49,982 nucleotides of DNA, taken from positions 1-49,982 of the forward strand of contig CAXSGP010000015.1 of the NCBI GenBank assembly GCA_964236955.1. Direction: 5' to 3'. The position numbers and the translations under genes were made by a program. Shown here one piece after another: positions 26,976 through 35,976 of the stretch. This DNA comes from an uncultured Oligoflexus sp. Lineage in GTDB: Bacteria; Bdellovibrionota_B; Oligoflexia; Oligoflexales; Oligoflexaceae. Under the pieces are notes generated by a model. The model saw only the letters and a list, made by a program, of their open reading frames with translations, had not been told where the DNA came from and did not search any database. Position 1 is the stretch's first letter. Each line of letters opens with the position of its first letter.

Positions 26976-29867
26976 TTAAATAAGGAGAGTCGCGAGATGA
27001 GGATCTTCCCTACGGGCTAAACGATCACAAAAAACCGCCCCCCCTTCCTCTTCGTGCCAAACCCAACCCTCGAGTCCAAGTCGGTCCCATACTCTCAGTA
27101 GATGGGGATAACTTTCCTTATACCACCCCAAATCCAATTCAAACCGGAGAACATCGTGCATGATGCTGAGGGCCCGTCTATGCTGATGGCGTTTGGATAA
27201 TTCGCTGAGATGATGCAAATAAAGCTCAAGCCCCTCGTTCCCGAGGTTGAGAGATTGCCAGAGTTGATGCATGGCCTGGGGTTCGAGTTCCTCAAACAGC
27301 CAGGCACCGATACGAATACAGAAGGCTCTATTGAGCCGGGCTTCCACAAATTGATTTAGCATCGTCAGGCTGCGATGGACGACCGGCGTCTCGATTTTGA
27401 CATTAAGCAGTCGTTTCACAAAATCCATGGCATGAGCTCGACCGATCTGCATTCCTGATAAAAGTTTGAGCCGTTCCTGGACTACAGTCCACTTTCCTAT
27501 CAATTGCGATGCGGATACGATCTCGTCGGTGTTCGCTTCACCTTCGAAGGCATCGTCATCTATCGCCTCGAATTTGACCCTGTCGATTGTCTTCTTACTG
27601 GTATTTGCATATTTATACTTGCTGTCATCTTTATCTTCATCATCGTCTTCTTCAGCAAAATCTTTGGCCGTATGACTGGTGAGGCTTAGGACCTTTTGAG
27701 GCGTGATTTCAAACTTTGCGCGAGGTGCCGGCGTGGCTAAGGCAGGCGAAGGTGGAAGTCCGGGAGAGGAGGCCAGGATGGTGTTTTCAGCTCTAAAAGC
27801 AAGCGGCAGCGGTTCCGCAAGTGTTACCGATTGAAAGGCCGCTACGATTTTAACCGGTGGCACAGTCGCTTGAGGCTGGGCAGCTATCGGTGAAGGCATT
27901 GCAATCGTCTGCGGCATGGGCACTCCTGCGGGAGCTGCACTGGGTGCCGCCTGCGATTCAACTTTGATATAGGATTCGACTAAAGCAGGAACCTGATTGG
28001 GAAACCTTGGAAATTCAGATTCAAGGTTAAATGAAGGCGCAGCTGTGGTCGGGCCTGGGGCAGTTGAATAAAAGTCTGCAGGAGCGAGGGTTGGTGCGGG
28101 TGCTGCGACTGCTTGGGGTGTAGGGGTTACGAATTGCGCGGGAGCCGGTGCTGCCGCTTTTGCAGGGACAGGAGCAGCTTGCGCAGGAGCAGAGGCAGCT
28201 GCCGCAACGGCTTGCGCCCTGGGTGCTGGTGCAGCCGCAACAGGCGGAATAGCCAAAGTCAATGGCGGTGCCGGTTCCTTGAAAACAAAAGGCGCAAGCG
28301 TTGGATTATAAATATGGTCCTGTACCGCACTATTTAAGTCAAAATCATTGCCTATAAGAAGTTTCGACAGATCGTCCGACGCCGTTCCCATACCACTGTA
28401 GGCAAATCCCGCCGCCGGCAAATCAGTAACAGTATCAACATCATCATCAGAATCTAGGACGACAAAGTTCGGCCCGGAATTCACCGGATAATTAACATTC
28501 TTTACTGAGGATGACGAGGTTTTTGCGAGGTTGATCTGCTCATTGCTCTCGTTTAACTTTTCGAGGGAGATAAGCATGGTGCGTTCGGCAGTAGGCACTT
28601 CTTCGTCGTCGTCATCAGGTTGGAAGAAGGGCTGGTTCTCAAACTTTTCATCGATTTCAGTTGAAACTGAAATGTAGGCGTTTTCCCCGATATCGTCTTT
28701 CAGCGAAAACCCGGTCTGGGTGGTGCGAACCGCCTTAACGGGGGCTGTTTGCGCCTTAATATTACTACTAGCGCTGCTATTAAAGTTATCGTTGTCGGAT
28801 GCGGTTTTGGCATTATCATGTGTCGGCAATTGAGCCCGCTTGGTGTATTCGAGACTAAATCCAAAGCCGTCTTCAGGGTCTTCACTCTCAAGAGCCCCCA
28901 TCGGGTTGAAGGCAGCCTCCGGAGCGATGAACTTTGAATTGGAATGAGGACTCGGATTTGAATTCAGATCTATATTGGAACTTTGGTTGGGATGCAAATG
29001 GGAGCCAGAGAGGGACTGGTTTTCGGGCTTTCGGTTCGGCGATGGACTCACGCGGGCCGGGTCCGGCGCGGCCAATTCAAAAGGCGCGGAATGGGAGGGT
29101 TCGCCATTGCTGCTGAACATATCTTCATTAAACAACGGGTCAGACGCTGCGGGCGCAGGGGCGACTTGAGGGGCAGCGCGCGGGACGACAGAGGCTGCAC
29201 CGGGAACAGGAGAGGAAGTTGGGGCCGCGGTCCTGATTGGATTTTGTGATTGTAGAGGGACGGGAGCCTGCGTTGTCCTTGGATCCTGACTGGGAAACCC
29301 TGGAACAGCCTTGTTTTCAGGCGGCCTGGTCGGAGTGGCTTCCGCCACGCGAGAAAGATCGGACATGACTGTATGATGCGGAGTTCCCATGCGGCTTTGT
29401 TCGGCGCCGGCACTCGTTGGAATATTATTTACATTCTCGTCATCTCCAGGAATTCCTGGAAATTCTATGGGATTTACAAGGGTTGTTTGCCGAGCCCGTG
29501 GCGCAATGGGCCGGGTCTGTGATTGCATAAGGGGAGCTTCAGACTGGAGCTTGGATATTTCCTCGCGAACCAGCGCGGCATTTTCTGCCCGGCCCAGATC
29601 AATAAAACACGATTCCACATCCTTAAGTGCGCCTATCTCGTATTCGCGGCTAAGCTTTTCCTTACGGGCCTCCTGCAGCTCGACATAGGCAGCTTTTAGA
29701 GCGGCATAGGGATTGCTTTTGAGCAGCAATCCCACCAGACTCTTCAGATAAAGAATACGATCGATCCCGTCCTCTTCCAGAACCAGGGTCATGAAGCGAT
29801 CGATCAATGTTTCATTGGTCGGCTTCGCCTCGATACGCTTTAAGAATTCTTCTAGCCCACTTTTCAT
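26976..29867 (-). CDS. 963-aa protein: helical N- and C-terminal domains joined by a long Pro/Ala/acidic low-complexity region
   Basis: Long ORF with GAGG RBS; no signal peptide or TM seen; function unknown. Confidence 0.8.
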   Translation of the reverse strand: MKSGLEEFLKRIEAKPTNETLIDRFMTLVLEEDGIDRILYLKSLVGLLLKSNPYAALKAAYVELQEARKEKLSREYEIGALKDVESCFIDLGRAENAALVREEISKLQSEAPLMQSQTRPIAPRARQTTLVNPIEFPGIPGDDENVNNIPTSAGAEQSRMGTPHHTVMSDLSRVAEATPTRPPENKAVPGFPSQDPRTTQAPVPLQSQNPIRTAAPTSSPVPGAASVVPRAAPQVAPAPAASDPLFNEDMFSSNGEPSHSAPFELAAPDPARVSPSPNRKPENQSLSGSHLHPNQSSNIDLNSNPSPHSNSKFIAPEAAFNPMGALESEDPEDGFGFSLEYTKRAQLPTHDNAKTASDNDNFNSSASSNIKAQTAPVKAVRTTQTGFSLKDDIGENAYISVSTEIDEKFENQPFFQPDDDDEEVPTAERTMLISLEKLNESNEQINLAKTSSSSVKNVNYPVNSGPNFVVLDSDDDVDTVTDLPAAGFAYSGMGTASDDLSKLLIGNDFDLNSAVQDHIYNPTLAPFVFKEPAPPLTLAIPPVAAAPAPRAQAVAAAASAPAQAAPVPAKAAAPAPAQFVTPTPQAVAAPAPTLAPADFYSTAPGPTTAAPSFNLESEFPRFPNQVPALVESYIKVESQAAPSAAPAGVPMPQTIAMPSPIAAQPQATVPPVKIVAAFQSVTLAEPLPLAFRAENTILASSPGLPPSPALATPAPRAKFEITPQKVLSLTSHTAKDFAEEDDDEDKDDSKYKYANTSKKTIDRVKFEAIDDDAFEGEANTDEIVSASQLIGKWTVVQERLKLLSGMQIGRAHAMDFVKRLLNVKIETPVVHRSLTMLNQFVEARLNRAFCIRIGAWLFEELEPQAMHQLWQSLNLGNEGLELYLHHLSELSKRHQHRRALSIMHDVLRFELDLGWYKESYPHLLRVWDRLGLEGWVWHEEEGGAVFCDRLARREDPHLATLLI

Positions 29868-29987
29868 GCCAGTAACCTCTTATCAAGATACTAACATGGG
29901 GCAAAGCGGCTCGCACCCGCCCCACTAGGCAAATGCGCGAGGCGATCATGCTGCAAAAAAAACCCAGTAACAGGACAATCAAAATAG

Positions 29988-30016
29988 AAAACCCCAGGAA
30001 TTTTTATTCCCGGGGT
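29988..30016 (-). terminator. Intrinsic terminator of efp
   Basis: Minus strand ACCCCGGGAAT-AAAA-ATTCCTGGGGT followed by TTT. Confidence 0.75.
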
Positions 30017-30099
30017 GGCCCGTCAAAACAAGATCTAGGATTTGGATGAACCCTTGCCGTACAAAAACAAAAATCGTTCTAAGTCGATAATCGTTGAAC

Positions 30100-30663
30100 T
30101 TATTTTTTCACTTTTTCCACATACTCACCGGTACGGGTATCGACCTTCAGCAAATCACCTTCCGAAATATGGAAAGGCACCGTGATTACCAAACCGGTTT
30201 CCATCGTCGCCGGTTTTCCGCCGCCGCCCGAGGTATCGCCTTTGATGTTCGGCTGAGTTTCCTTGACCTGAAGGACCACAAAGTTCTCAATGTCAACAGC
30301 CACGGCGCGCCCCTGGAAGAAGGTCACTTTAACGATACTGTTTTCAATGATGAAATCCTTGGCATCCTCAATCTCCGATTCCTTGAGAACTTCCTGCTCG
30401 TAAGTGGCAAGGTCCATGAAAGTATAGCTGGTGCCGTCGTTATAGAGGTATTGCATTTCCTTGTATTCAAGATCGGGTACAGGAACCTTATCGCCAGCCT
30501 TGAAAGTCACCTCAAGAACCTGAGCTGTTTCCAGATTTTTCAAACGAGTACGAACAAAGGCCGAACCTTTACCCGGATTCACGTGTTGGAATTCAACGAT
30601 CACGTAAGGTTTGCCGTTGTGTTCAATTTTCAAACCTTTTTTGAATTCGGTCGTTGCATACAT
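30100..30663 (-). CDS. efp: Translation elongation factor P
   Basis: QHVNPGKGSAFVRTRLKN, KGDTSGGGGKPA, KVDTRTGEYVEK. Confidence 0.97.
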   Translation of the reverse strand: MYATTEFKKGLKIEHNGKPYVIVEFQHVNPGKGSAFVRTRLKNLETAQVLEVTFKAGDKVPVPDLEYKEMQYLYNDGTSYTFMDLATYEQEVLKESEIEDAKDFIIENSIVKVTFFQGRAVAVDIENFVVLQVKETQPNIKGDTSGGGGKPATMETGLVITVPFHISEGDLLKVDTRTGEYVEKVKK

Positions 30664-30784
30664 AGACTCTGCCCTTTGTTAGTACGTGAAAAATACACTA
30701 GTCAAAAAGGAAGACACCCACGCAAAGAGCTGTCCCTCCTGAGTATTCGCGCCTAGATTAAAAGAAAAATCGCTAGGGTACAAA

Positions 30785-31510
30785 CTATTCGTGAGTAAGG
30801 CTGGGCTTTCGTTCGTTAGCTGAACCGCTAGTCCTTTGAAGGTAGAATTCTCGCATCTCTTTGGCCAGGTCAAGGTGACGAAGAATACGCAGTATCGGGC
30901 CGCGGAAAAAGGCGAGATCCGCCCGACGTTCCCTTTGGATGCCATTGCCCGGGCCAGAAAGTTGACGGCCTGAGGTCGAATGGATGAGATCCCCTCGCCC
31001 GTCTGGATATTTTTTTTCTAAAAATACGACATGCCCATCATAGACCAGGAGATCTCCCGGCATAGCTCTGCTCAGTGAAGTTCCTATATCGATCAGACTG
31101 TAGCGTTCGGCAAGCTCTCTTGAACTCAGCGTATTCATTAACGCGGTCGTGAGATAAGTAGAATTGAGTCCGGCCTGCTTAAAGACCTCGAAGGTATAAT
31201 GACTGCAGTCAAGACTGCATTTTGCACAAACTGGGCAATCGCTCAGCCGTTCCTTTGGACCGGATTTTTTTAATTCCAGACAAGTATTACAGGCATTACA
31301 ATGCTCAGGATCGCCCAGCCGACTGCCTCCGTAGACATAGGAAACTGACCAATTTTCTAGTAAATCAGCAGCTTTTTTGACAACTTGTTCCCGCTTCGGC
31401 AGGACTGTGCCGAAGGCGGAGCCCAGCATCCCGAACATAGCGCATGCGAGGAAATATTTACCAGGCCTTAACACTACTGCATACCCCTTGCGCCAGGTTA
31501 AGATAGTCAT
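30785..31510 (-). CDS. Secreted NlpC/P60-superfamily cysteine hydrolase with Cys-rich insertion
   Basis: YVYGG...LDCSHY (Cys), PGDLLVYDGHVV (His), LIHST (third residue); signal-like N-terminus. Confidence 0.8.
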   Translation of the reverse strand: MTILTWRKGYAVVLRPGKYFLACAMFGMLGSAFGTVLPKREQVVKKAADLLENWSVSYVYGGSRLGDPEHCNACNTCLELKKSGPKERLSDCPVCAKCSLDCSHYTFEVFKQAGLNSTYLTTALMNTLSSRELAERYSLIDIGTSLSRAMPGDLLVYDGHVVFLEKKYPDGRGDLIHSTSGRQLSGPGNGIQRERRADLAFFRGPILRILRHLDLAKEMREFYLQRTSGSANERKPSLTHE

Positions 31511-31558
31511 AACGAAGATAGAGTTTTAATCGAATCGTTCCATCGCCGCCAGCACAAC

Positions 31559-31586
31559 TCATCGGAGGCTGGCTGTTTAGGCTTGA
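31559..31586 (-). promoter_or_regulatory. sigma28-like promoter for the NlpC/P60 gene
   Basis: Minus strand TCAA-N16-TCCGATGA, ~50 nt before ATG. Confidence 0.5.
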
Positions 31587-31598
31587 GGTAGAGAGAGC

Positions 31599-33053
31599 TT
31601 GTCACGCCAGTTTCGCATAGCCATAGCCATAGACCTCCTACTTATCGTGGGATTACTCAGCATTGGCCTTATTTTTTGGCATGTCGTTTGCGATGAAACG
31701 ATGACCAGCTGCTTTAAGCGAGACAGCGCCGGTAGTATGCTGGGATTCTTGCTTTTATCGGCTCTGCGGCCTCTTTTCTTTTCACCCCTGGGCCAGGCCG
31801 CTTACATTGCCGGTGATAGTTTTGGTGTCTGGATAGGGACTTTCCTAACGGCTTTTGGCGCCGCCCTCTCCTCGATGATCCTTTATTTCCCGGGCCATCT
31901 CATAGGCAAGAAAATCGTTCGGCCGTGGTTGAGTTCCAACCTCCCTTCGACCTGGCGCCTCATCCGAACTCAGGATTACAAACTGATATTCGCTGCGCGC
32001 TGGATACCATTTTTCCCTTTCGATATATTTTCCATAATCTTCGGCGTCGCCGACTTTCATGCCCGGCGGGTGTTCCTGTTCACCTTCCTCGGCTGCATTC
32101 CCGAGGTCTACTTCTTCTCGAGCATTGGCGAGGGCACCAGCAGCATAGTCTATAAAGGGCTTGAAACCCTGACGATCGCCGCCTGCGTAACGATGGCCCC
32201 ACTCTTAGTCTATGAATTTGTGATGCGAAAGAAAGGCACCAGCCTTTGGATCGCTGGTAAAAAAGTCTATTATGAATTGCTCTACGAAGCGCGCGTGAAC
32301 AATGATATCAAACGCACGGCCTTCTATTCTTCGGAAAAAATCCCTGTGGTGCTCCTCTATGGATTCTTCTCTTCAAGAAAGACTCTCGCCGTCATGGAGA
32401 ATCTGTTGACGCGCGAAGGATTTGATGTGATGAGCTTCAACCTCGGTGGATCGCTCGGCGTGTTTTTCACCCGGGGAATCGAAGAAACCGCAGAATTTAT
32501 CGACAGAAAAATTCAACGTCAGATCAAACGCTATGGCTTCAGCAAGGTCCATGTCGTGGCCCACTCTAAGGGAGGGTTGGTGGCCCTCTACTGGCTCCTT
32601 CGTCTCGATGGCGCCAAATACTGCGACAAAATCATTACCATGGGCACCCCTTTCAAGGGCACATGGCTGACCTATCTGGCGATTTTCACGCCACTGGGAT
32701 TCTTTTGGAAGGATGTTTGGCAGATGCGCCCGGGCTGCCAGTTTCTTAAAGAACTGCATGCAAGTCCAGTGCCTCCGCATCTTAAGATCCATTGTCTCTA
32801 CTCTCGCGAAGACAAGATCGCCGTCGATAGAGAAGGCGTATTTAACTTTCCTGGCGAAGTCTACGCAATACCTATGCACCACCTGTCGCACTTTCAATTT
32901 TTGGCTCGGCGGGATGTGGCGGCGATCGTGGTGAAAATTCTAAGAAATGAACCCCTTGCCGCAATATCATCCCTGCCTGAACACAAGACACTTAAGCCTT
33001 CTGACGAGCTTCCGGACGGGGCAGAAAACGATTCGCATAAAACGGCAATTTAG
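31599..33053 (+). CDS. DedA/VTT (TVP38/TMEM64) membrane domain fused to an alpha/beta-hydrolase (lipase/PGAP1-like)
   Basis: N-half: FGVWIG...GAALSS...Y.PG, RWIPFFPFD, TFLGCIP; C-half: VVLLYGFF, AHSKGG nucleophile elbow, GTPFKG, SREDKI, SHF. Confidence 0.85.
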   Translation: MSRQFRIAIAIDLLLIVGLLSIGLIFWHVVCDETMTSCFKRDSAGSMLGFLLLSALRPLFFSPLGQAAYIAGDSFGVWIGTFLTAFGAALSSMILYFPGHLIGKKIVRPWLSSNLPSTWRLIRTQDYKLIFAARWIPFFPFDIFSIIFGVADFHARRVFLFTFLGCIPEVYFFSSIGEGTSSIVYKGLETLTIAACVTMAPLLVYEFVMRKKGTSLWIAGKKVYYELLYEARVNNDIKRTAFYSSEKIPVVLLYGFFSSRKTLAVMENLLTREGFDVMSFNLGGSLGVFFTRGIEETAEFIDRKIQRQIKRYGFSKVHVVAHSKGGLVALYWLLRLDGAKYCDKIITMGTPFKGTWLTYLAIFTPLGFFWKDVWQMRPGCQFLKELHASPVPPHLKIHCLYSREDKIAVDREGVFNFPGEVYAIPMHHLSHFQFLARRDVAAIVVKILRNEPLAAISSLPEHKTLKPSDELPDGAENDSHKTAI

Positions 33054-33094
33054 GCTAGTTTACTAAGCTCATTAGACAGCAGGAGCTACTTCGA

Positions 33095-33502
33095 ATGGAC
33101 GTAGGCAGTTTATCGACATCAGGCAAGGAATCGTGGCTGCACTTTGAGGGTCACGTTCACGTGCTTCTGCCCGCCTTGCCTTTTCGTCTTCTGGTTCGAG
33201 CCCGCGCGCGACAGATTTCGCATCGCGAGCTAATCGCCGAACTCGATTACCTCGAACATGATTTTATCTTCGCCAGCTCGGATTTAATCGAGCTTTTTCC
33301 TATAGGCGAAACGGTTAATCTCCAGTTGAGCAATGAAAGCGATACGATCTATGTCGTGGCAACGGCCGAGATCATGGAGCGCCAGTTGCAGCCCCATTGC
33401 ATGCAGCTTCAGTTCGGATTCAAACGGGTGGACGATGAGCTTGAAGATCTCCTGTCGGAACTGAAAGGGGCAGGCTATCGGGTCAGTGGATCCGTGCACT
33501 GA
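33095..33502 (+). CDS. Possible degenerate PilZ-like beta-barrel protein
   Basis: AGGAG RBS; FPIGETVNLQL...ATAEI...QFGF + C-terminal helix pattern; lacks the RxxxR/DxSxxG motifs. Confidence 0.45.
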   Translation: MDVGSLSTSGKESWLHFEGHVHVLLPALPFRLLVRARARQISHRELIAELDYLEHDFIFASSDLIELFPIGETVNLQLSNESDTIYVVATAEIMERQLQPHCMQLQFGFKRVDDELEDLLSELKGAGYRVSGSVH

Positions 33503-33626
33503 GGGCACTAGCGAAGACCTGCGAGATTTTCCAGCGAAATTCTCTTCTTATGATTGTCAATAGGCTCTGAAACTGCTAATCCTTGTAATCAATTTTTCTG
33601 CCAATTTTACGGGTTGGGATTTTATC

Positions 33627-35324
33627 TTGCAGACGGAAAAAGCGAAGAAAATTGATGTATCCAAAGATAAAGATAGCGCCGCTGCCAATCAGGAGACGCT
33701 CTTAAAGATTTTTACGGTACCCGAAAGCGTAGACAGCACGCTCGGCCGTATCGAGGCGCAGATATCGACCAACCTCATCGATTTTTTGCGTGAGCATGTC
33801 GTCTCGTCGGGAATTTCACCACAAGAACTCGAACTGAACTTTCTGGACTCAAAGATTCCAGAGCAGCCTGTATTTGTTTCTGAGCAGGCGGAATATCTAC
33901 TCAGGGAGGTTGTTGCGGAATCCGTCCATACCGCTTCCCCTCGTTTTATAGGCCACATGACGTCGGCCCTGCCCTACTTCATGCTGCCCCTCTCCAAAAT
34001 GATGATAGCGCTCAACCAGAACCTGGTAAAGATTGAGACATCGAAAGCTTTCACCCCATTGGAACGTCAGGTCCTCGGGATGCTGCATCGCCTGATTTAT
34101 AATAAGAGCGAAGATTTTTACCGTGCGCATATTCAAGAATCGGCCAGTGCTCTCGGAGCTTTCTGTTCGGATGGAACAATAGCCAATATCACGGCGCTCT
34201 GGGTCGCCCTGAATCGTGTCTTTAAGCCGACCAGCGAATTCGCTGGGGTGGGTGAAGAGGGCCTTTATGCGGCGATGCAGCATTACGATAGGAAAGGAGT
34301 GGTCATACTTGTTTCCAAACGAGGCCATTACTCCTTAAAAAAGGCAGCCAATATCCTCGGTATCGGCAAGCGTAATCTCATCTCCATCCCCACCGATGAA
34401 AACAATAAGATTAAAATTCCAAAACTTTTGGAAAAAATTGCGGAGTTGAAGGCCAATCGCATAGCAATTGCGGCTGTGGTTGGCATTGCCGGCACCACGG
34501 AAACGGGCAGCGTCGATCCTCTCGATAAGCTCGCCGATATCTGCGAAGTCAACGATATCCATCTGCACGTCGACGCCGCCTGGGGAGGACCAACACTCTT
34601 CTCGCGTAAATATTCTCATCTCCTTAAGGGCATTAAACGGGCCGACTCGGTGACTTTTGATGCTCATAAACAACTCTACGTGCCGATGGGTGCGGGGATG
34701 GCTCTTTTCAAAGATCATAAATCCTTATCCCTGGTCGCTCACTTCGCCGAATACATCATTCGTAAGGGATCAAGGGATTTAGGCCGTATGACGCTGGAGG
34801 GCTCGCGCCCGGGCATGGCTATGCTTGTGCACTCGGGGCTTCGGATCATAGGCCGCACGGGCTATGAGATGCTCATCGATATGGGTATTGAGAAGGCCAG
34901 GCGATTTGCCGACATGCTTATGGCTACCGATGATTTTGAGCTGATCAGCGCTCCCGAATTAAATCTTCTCACCTACCGCTTCGTTCCGCCCGATGTCCGG
35001 AAGTTTATGAAGACTTGCGCACCCGAGGAATTGCACAGCATCAATAACCACATCAATCGCTTAACCATCACGATACAGAAAGAACAGCGGGACAAGGGCG
35101 CAAGCTTTGTTTCCCGGACGGCTCTGGAGCCGGCCATCTACAACGGCCAGTTAATCAACGTCTTTCGGGTGGTACTCGCGAACCCTCTGACTCTGGAATC
35201 GCATCTCGTTGAGATTCTCAATGAACAGCGCGATATCGCCCGACGTTTGCTGTCAGGTGAACTGGCGCTGGAAAGTGGCGATGGAGAGGAAGGGGGGGAG
35301 CCGACTAAGAGGTCGGCTCCTTAG
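33627..35324 (+). CDS. panP: PLP-dependent aspartate 1-decarboxylase (group II decarboxylase)
   Basis: FIGHMTSALPYF, NQNLVKIETSKAFTPLERQVL, HVDAAWGG, DAHKQLYVPMGAG, TLEGSRPG. Confidence 0.9.
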   Translation: MQTEKAKKIDVSKDKDSAAANQETLLKIFTVPESVDSTLGRIEAQISTNLIDFLREHVVSSGISPQELELNFLDSKIPEQPVFVSEQAEYLLREVVAESVHTASPRFIGHMTSALPYFMLPLSKMMIALNQNLVKIETSKAFTPLERQVLGMLHRLIYNKSEDFYRAHIQESASALGAFCSDGTIANITALWVALNRVFKPTSEFAGVGEEGLYAAMQHYDRKGVVILVSKRGHYSLKKAANILGIGKRNLISIPTDENNKIKIPKLLEKIAELKANRIAIAAVVGIAGTTETGSVDPLDKLADICEVNDIHLHVDAAWGGPTLFSRKYSHLLKGIKRADSVTFDAHKQLYVPMGAGMALFKDHKSLSLVAHFAEYIIRKGSRDLGRMTLEGSRPGMAMLVHSGLRIIGRTGYEMLIDMGIEKARRFADMLMATDDFELISAPELNLLTYRFVPPDVRKFMKTCAPEELHSINNHINRLTITIQKEQRDKGASFVSRTALEPAIYNGQLINVFRVVLANPLTLESHLVEILNEQRDIARRLLSGELALESGDGEEGGEPTKRSAP

Positions 35325-35365
35325 ATCTCTTTGAATTCATTTTCAAACTCGGAAACCCAACGGCA

Positions 35366-35947
35366 ATGGATAGTACCCTAGAATATTATGATAAAAATGC
35401 TCAGACTTATTTTGATCGGGTTCATAATCTGGACATGACAGAGCTTTATGCAAGCTTTTTCAAGCATATGAGCGGCAACACCATTCTTGATCTGGGCTGC
35501 GGTACGGGTCGGGACGCGCGATATTTCACCGAACGTAAATACCGGGTCATAGCAGTCGATGGTTCAAAAGAAATGCTCGCCATGACAAAACGCGAGTGCC
35601 CCGCAGCCGATTGTCGCTTGATAGATTTTAACGAGCCCTTTCTAATTGGTGAACCCATCGATGCAGTATGGGCGTGCGCCTCACTCTTGCATCTTAATGA
35701 TGAAAATTTTGAAAGGACCCTGAAGGCTGTCGCCGAAGATTTACGCGCAGACGGCGTCATCTTCCTGGGTCTAAAATCAGCCGAACATAGCAAGGTTCCA
35801 AGCGATACGAGAACTTTTAATTATTGGACTTCCGAGAAGCTGACGCTCATCTCATCTCGCTGCGGCCTTGTTCCCCTGGAATTCTCGTCTACAATCACCG
35901 AACAGGCGACGTGGCTGGATGCCTTTCTTAAAAAGCCTACTCTCTGA
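35366..35947 (+). CDS. Class I SAM-dependent methyltransferase
   Basis: TLEYYDKNA, ILDLGCGTGRD, VWACASLLH. Confidence 0.88.
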   Translation: MDSTLEYYDKNAQTYFDRVHNLDMTELYASFFKHMSGNTILDLGCGTGRDARYFTERKYRVIAVDGSKEMLAMTKRECPAADCRLIDFNEPFLIGEPIDAVWACASLLHLNDENFERTLKAVAEDLRADGVIFLGLKSAEHSKVPSDTRTFNYWTSEKLTLISSRCGLVPLEFSSTITEQATWLDAFLKKPTL

Positions 35948-35976
35948 GTCAGAGAAGGCCTCCTATCAAATCCAAA

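Noticed and set aside
29879..29960. CTTATCAAGA resembling the start of a SAM-I riboswitch
   Set aside because: The rest of the aptamer is absent and it is on the wrong strand for the adjacent gene
30094..30756. 220-aa ORF antisense to efp
   Set aside because: In-register antisense shadow of a highly biased gene; no RBS or protein motif
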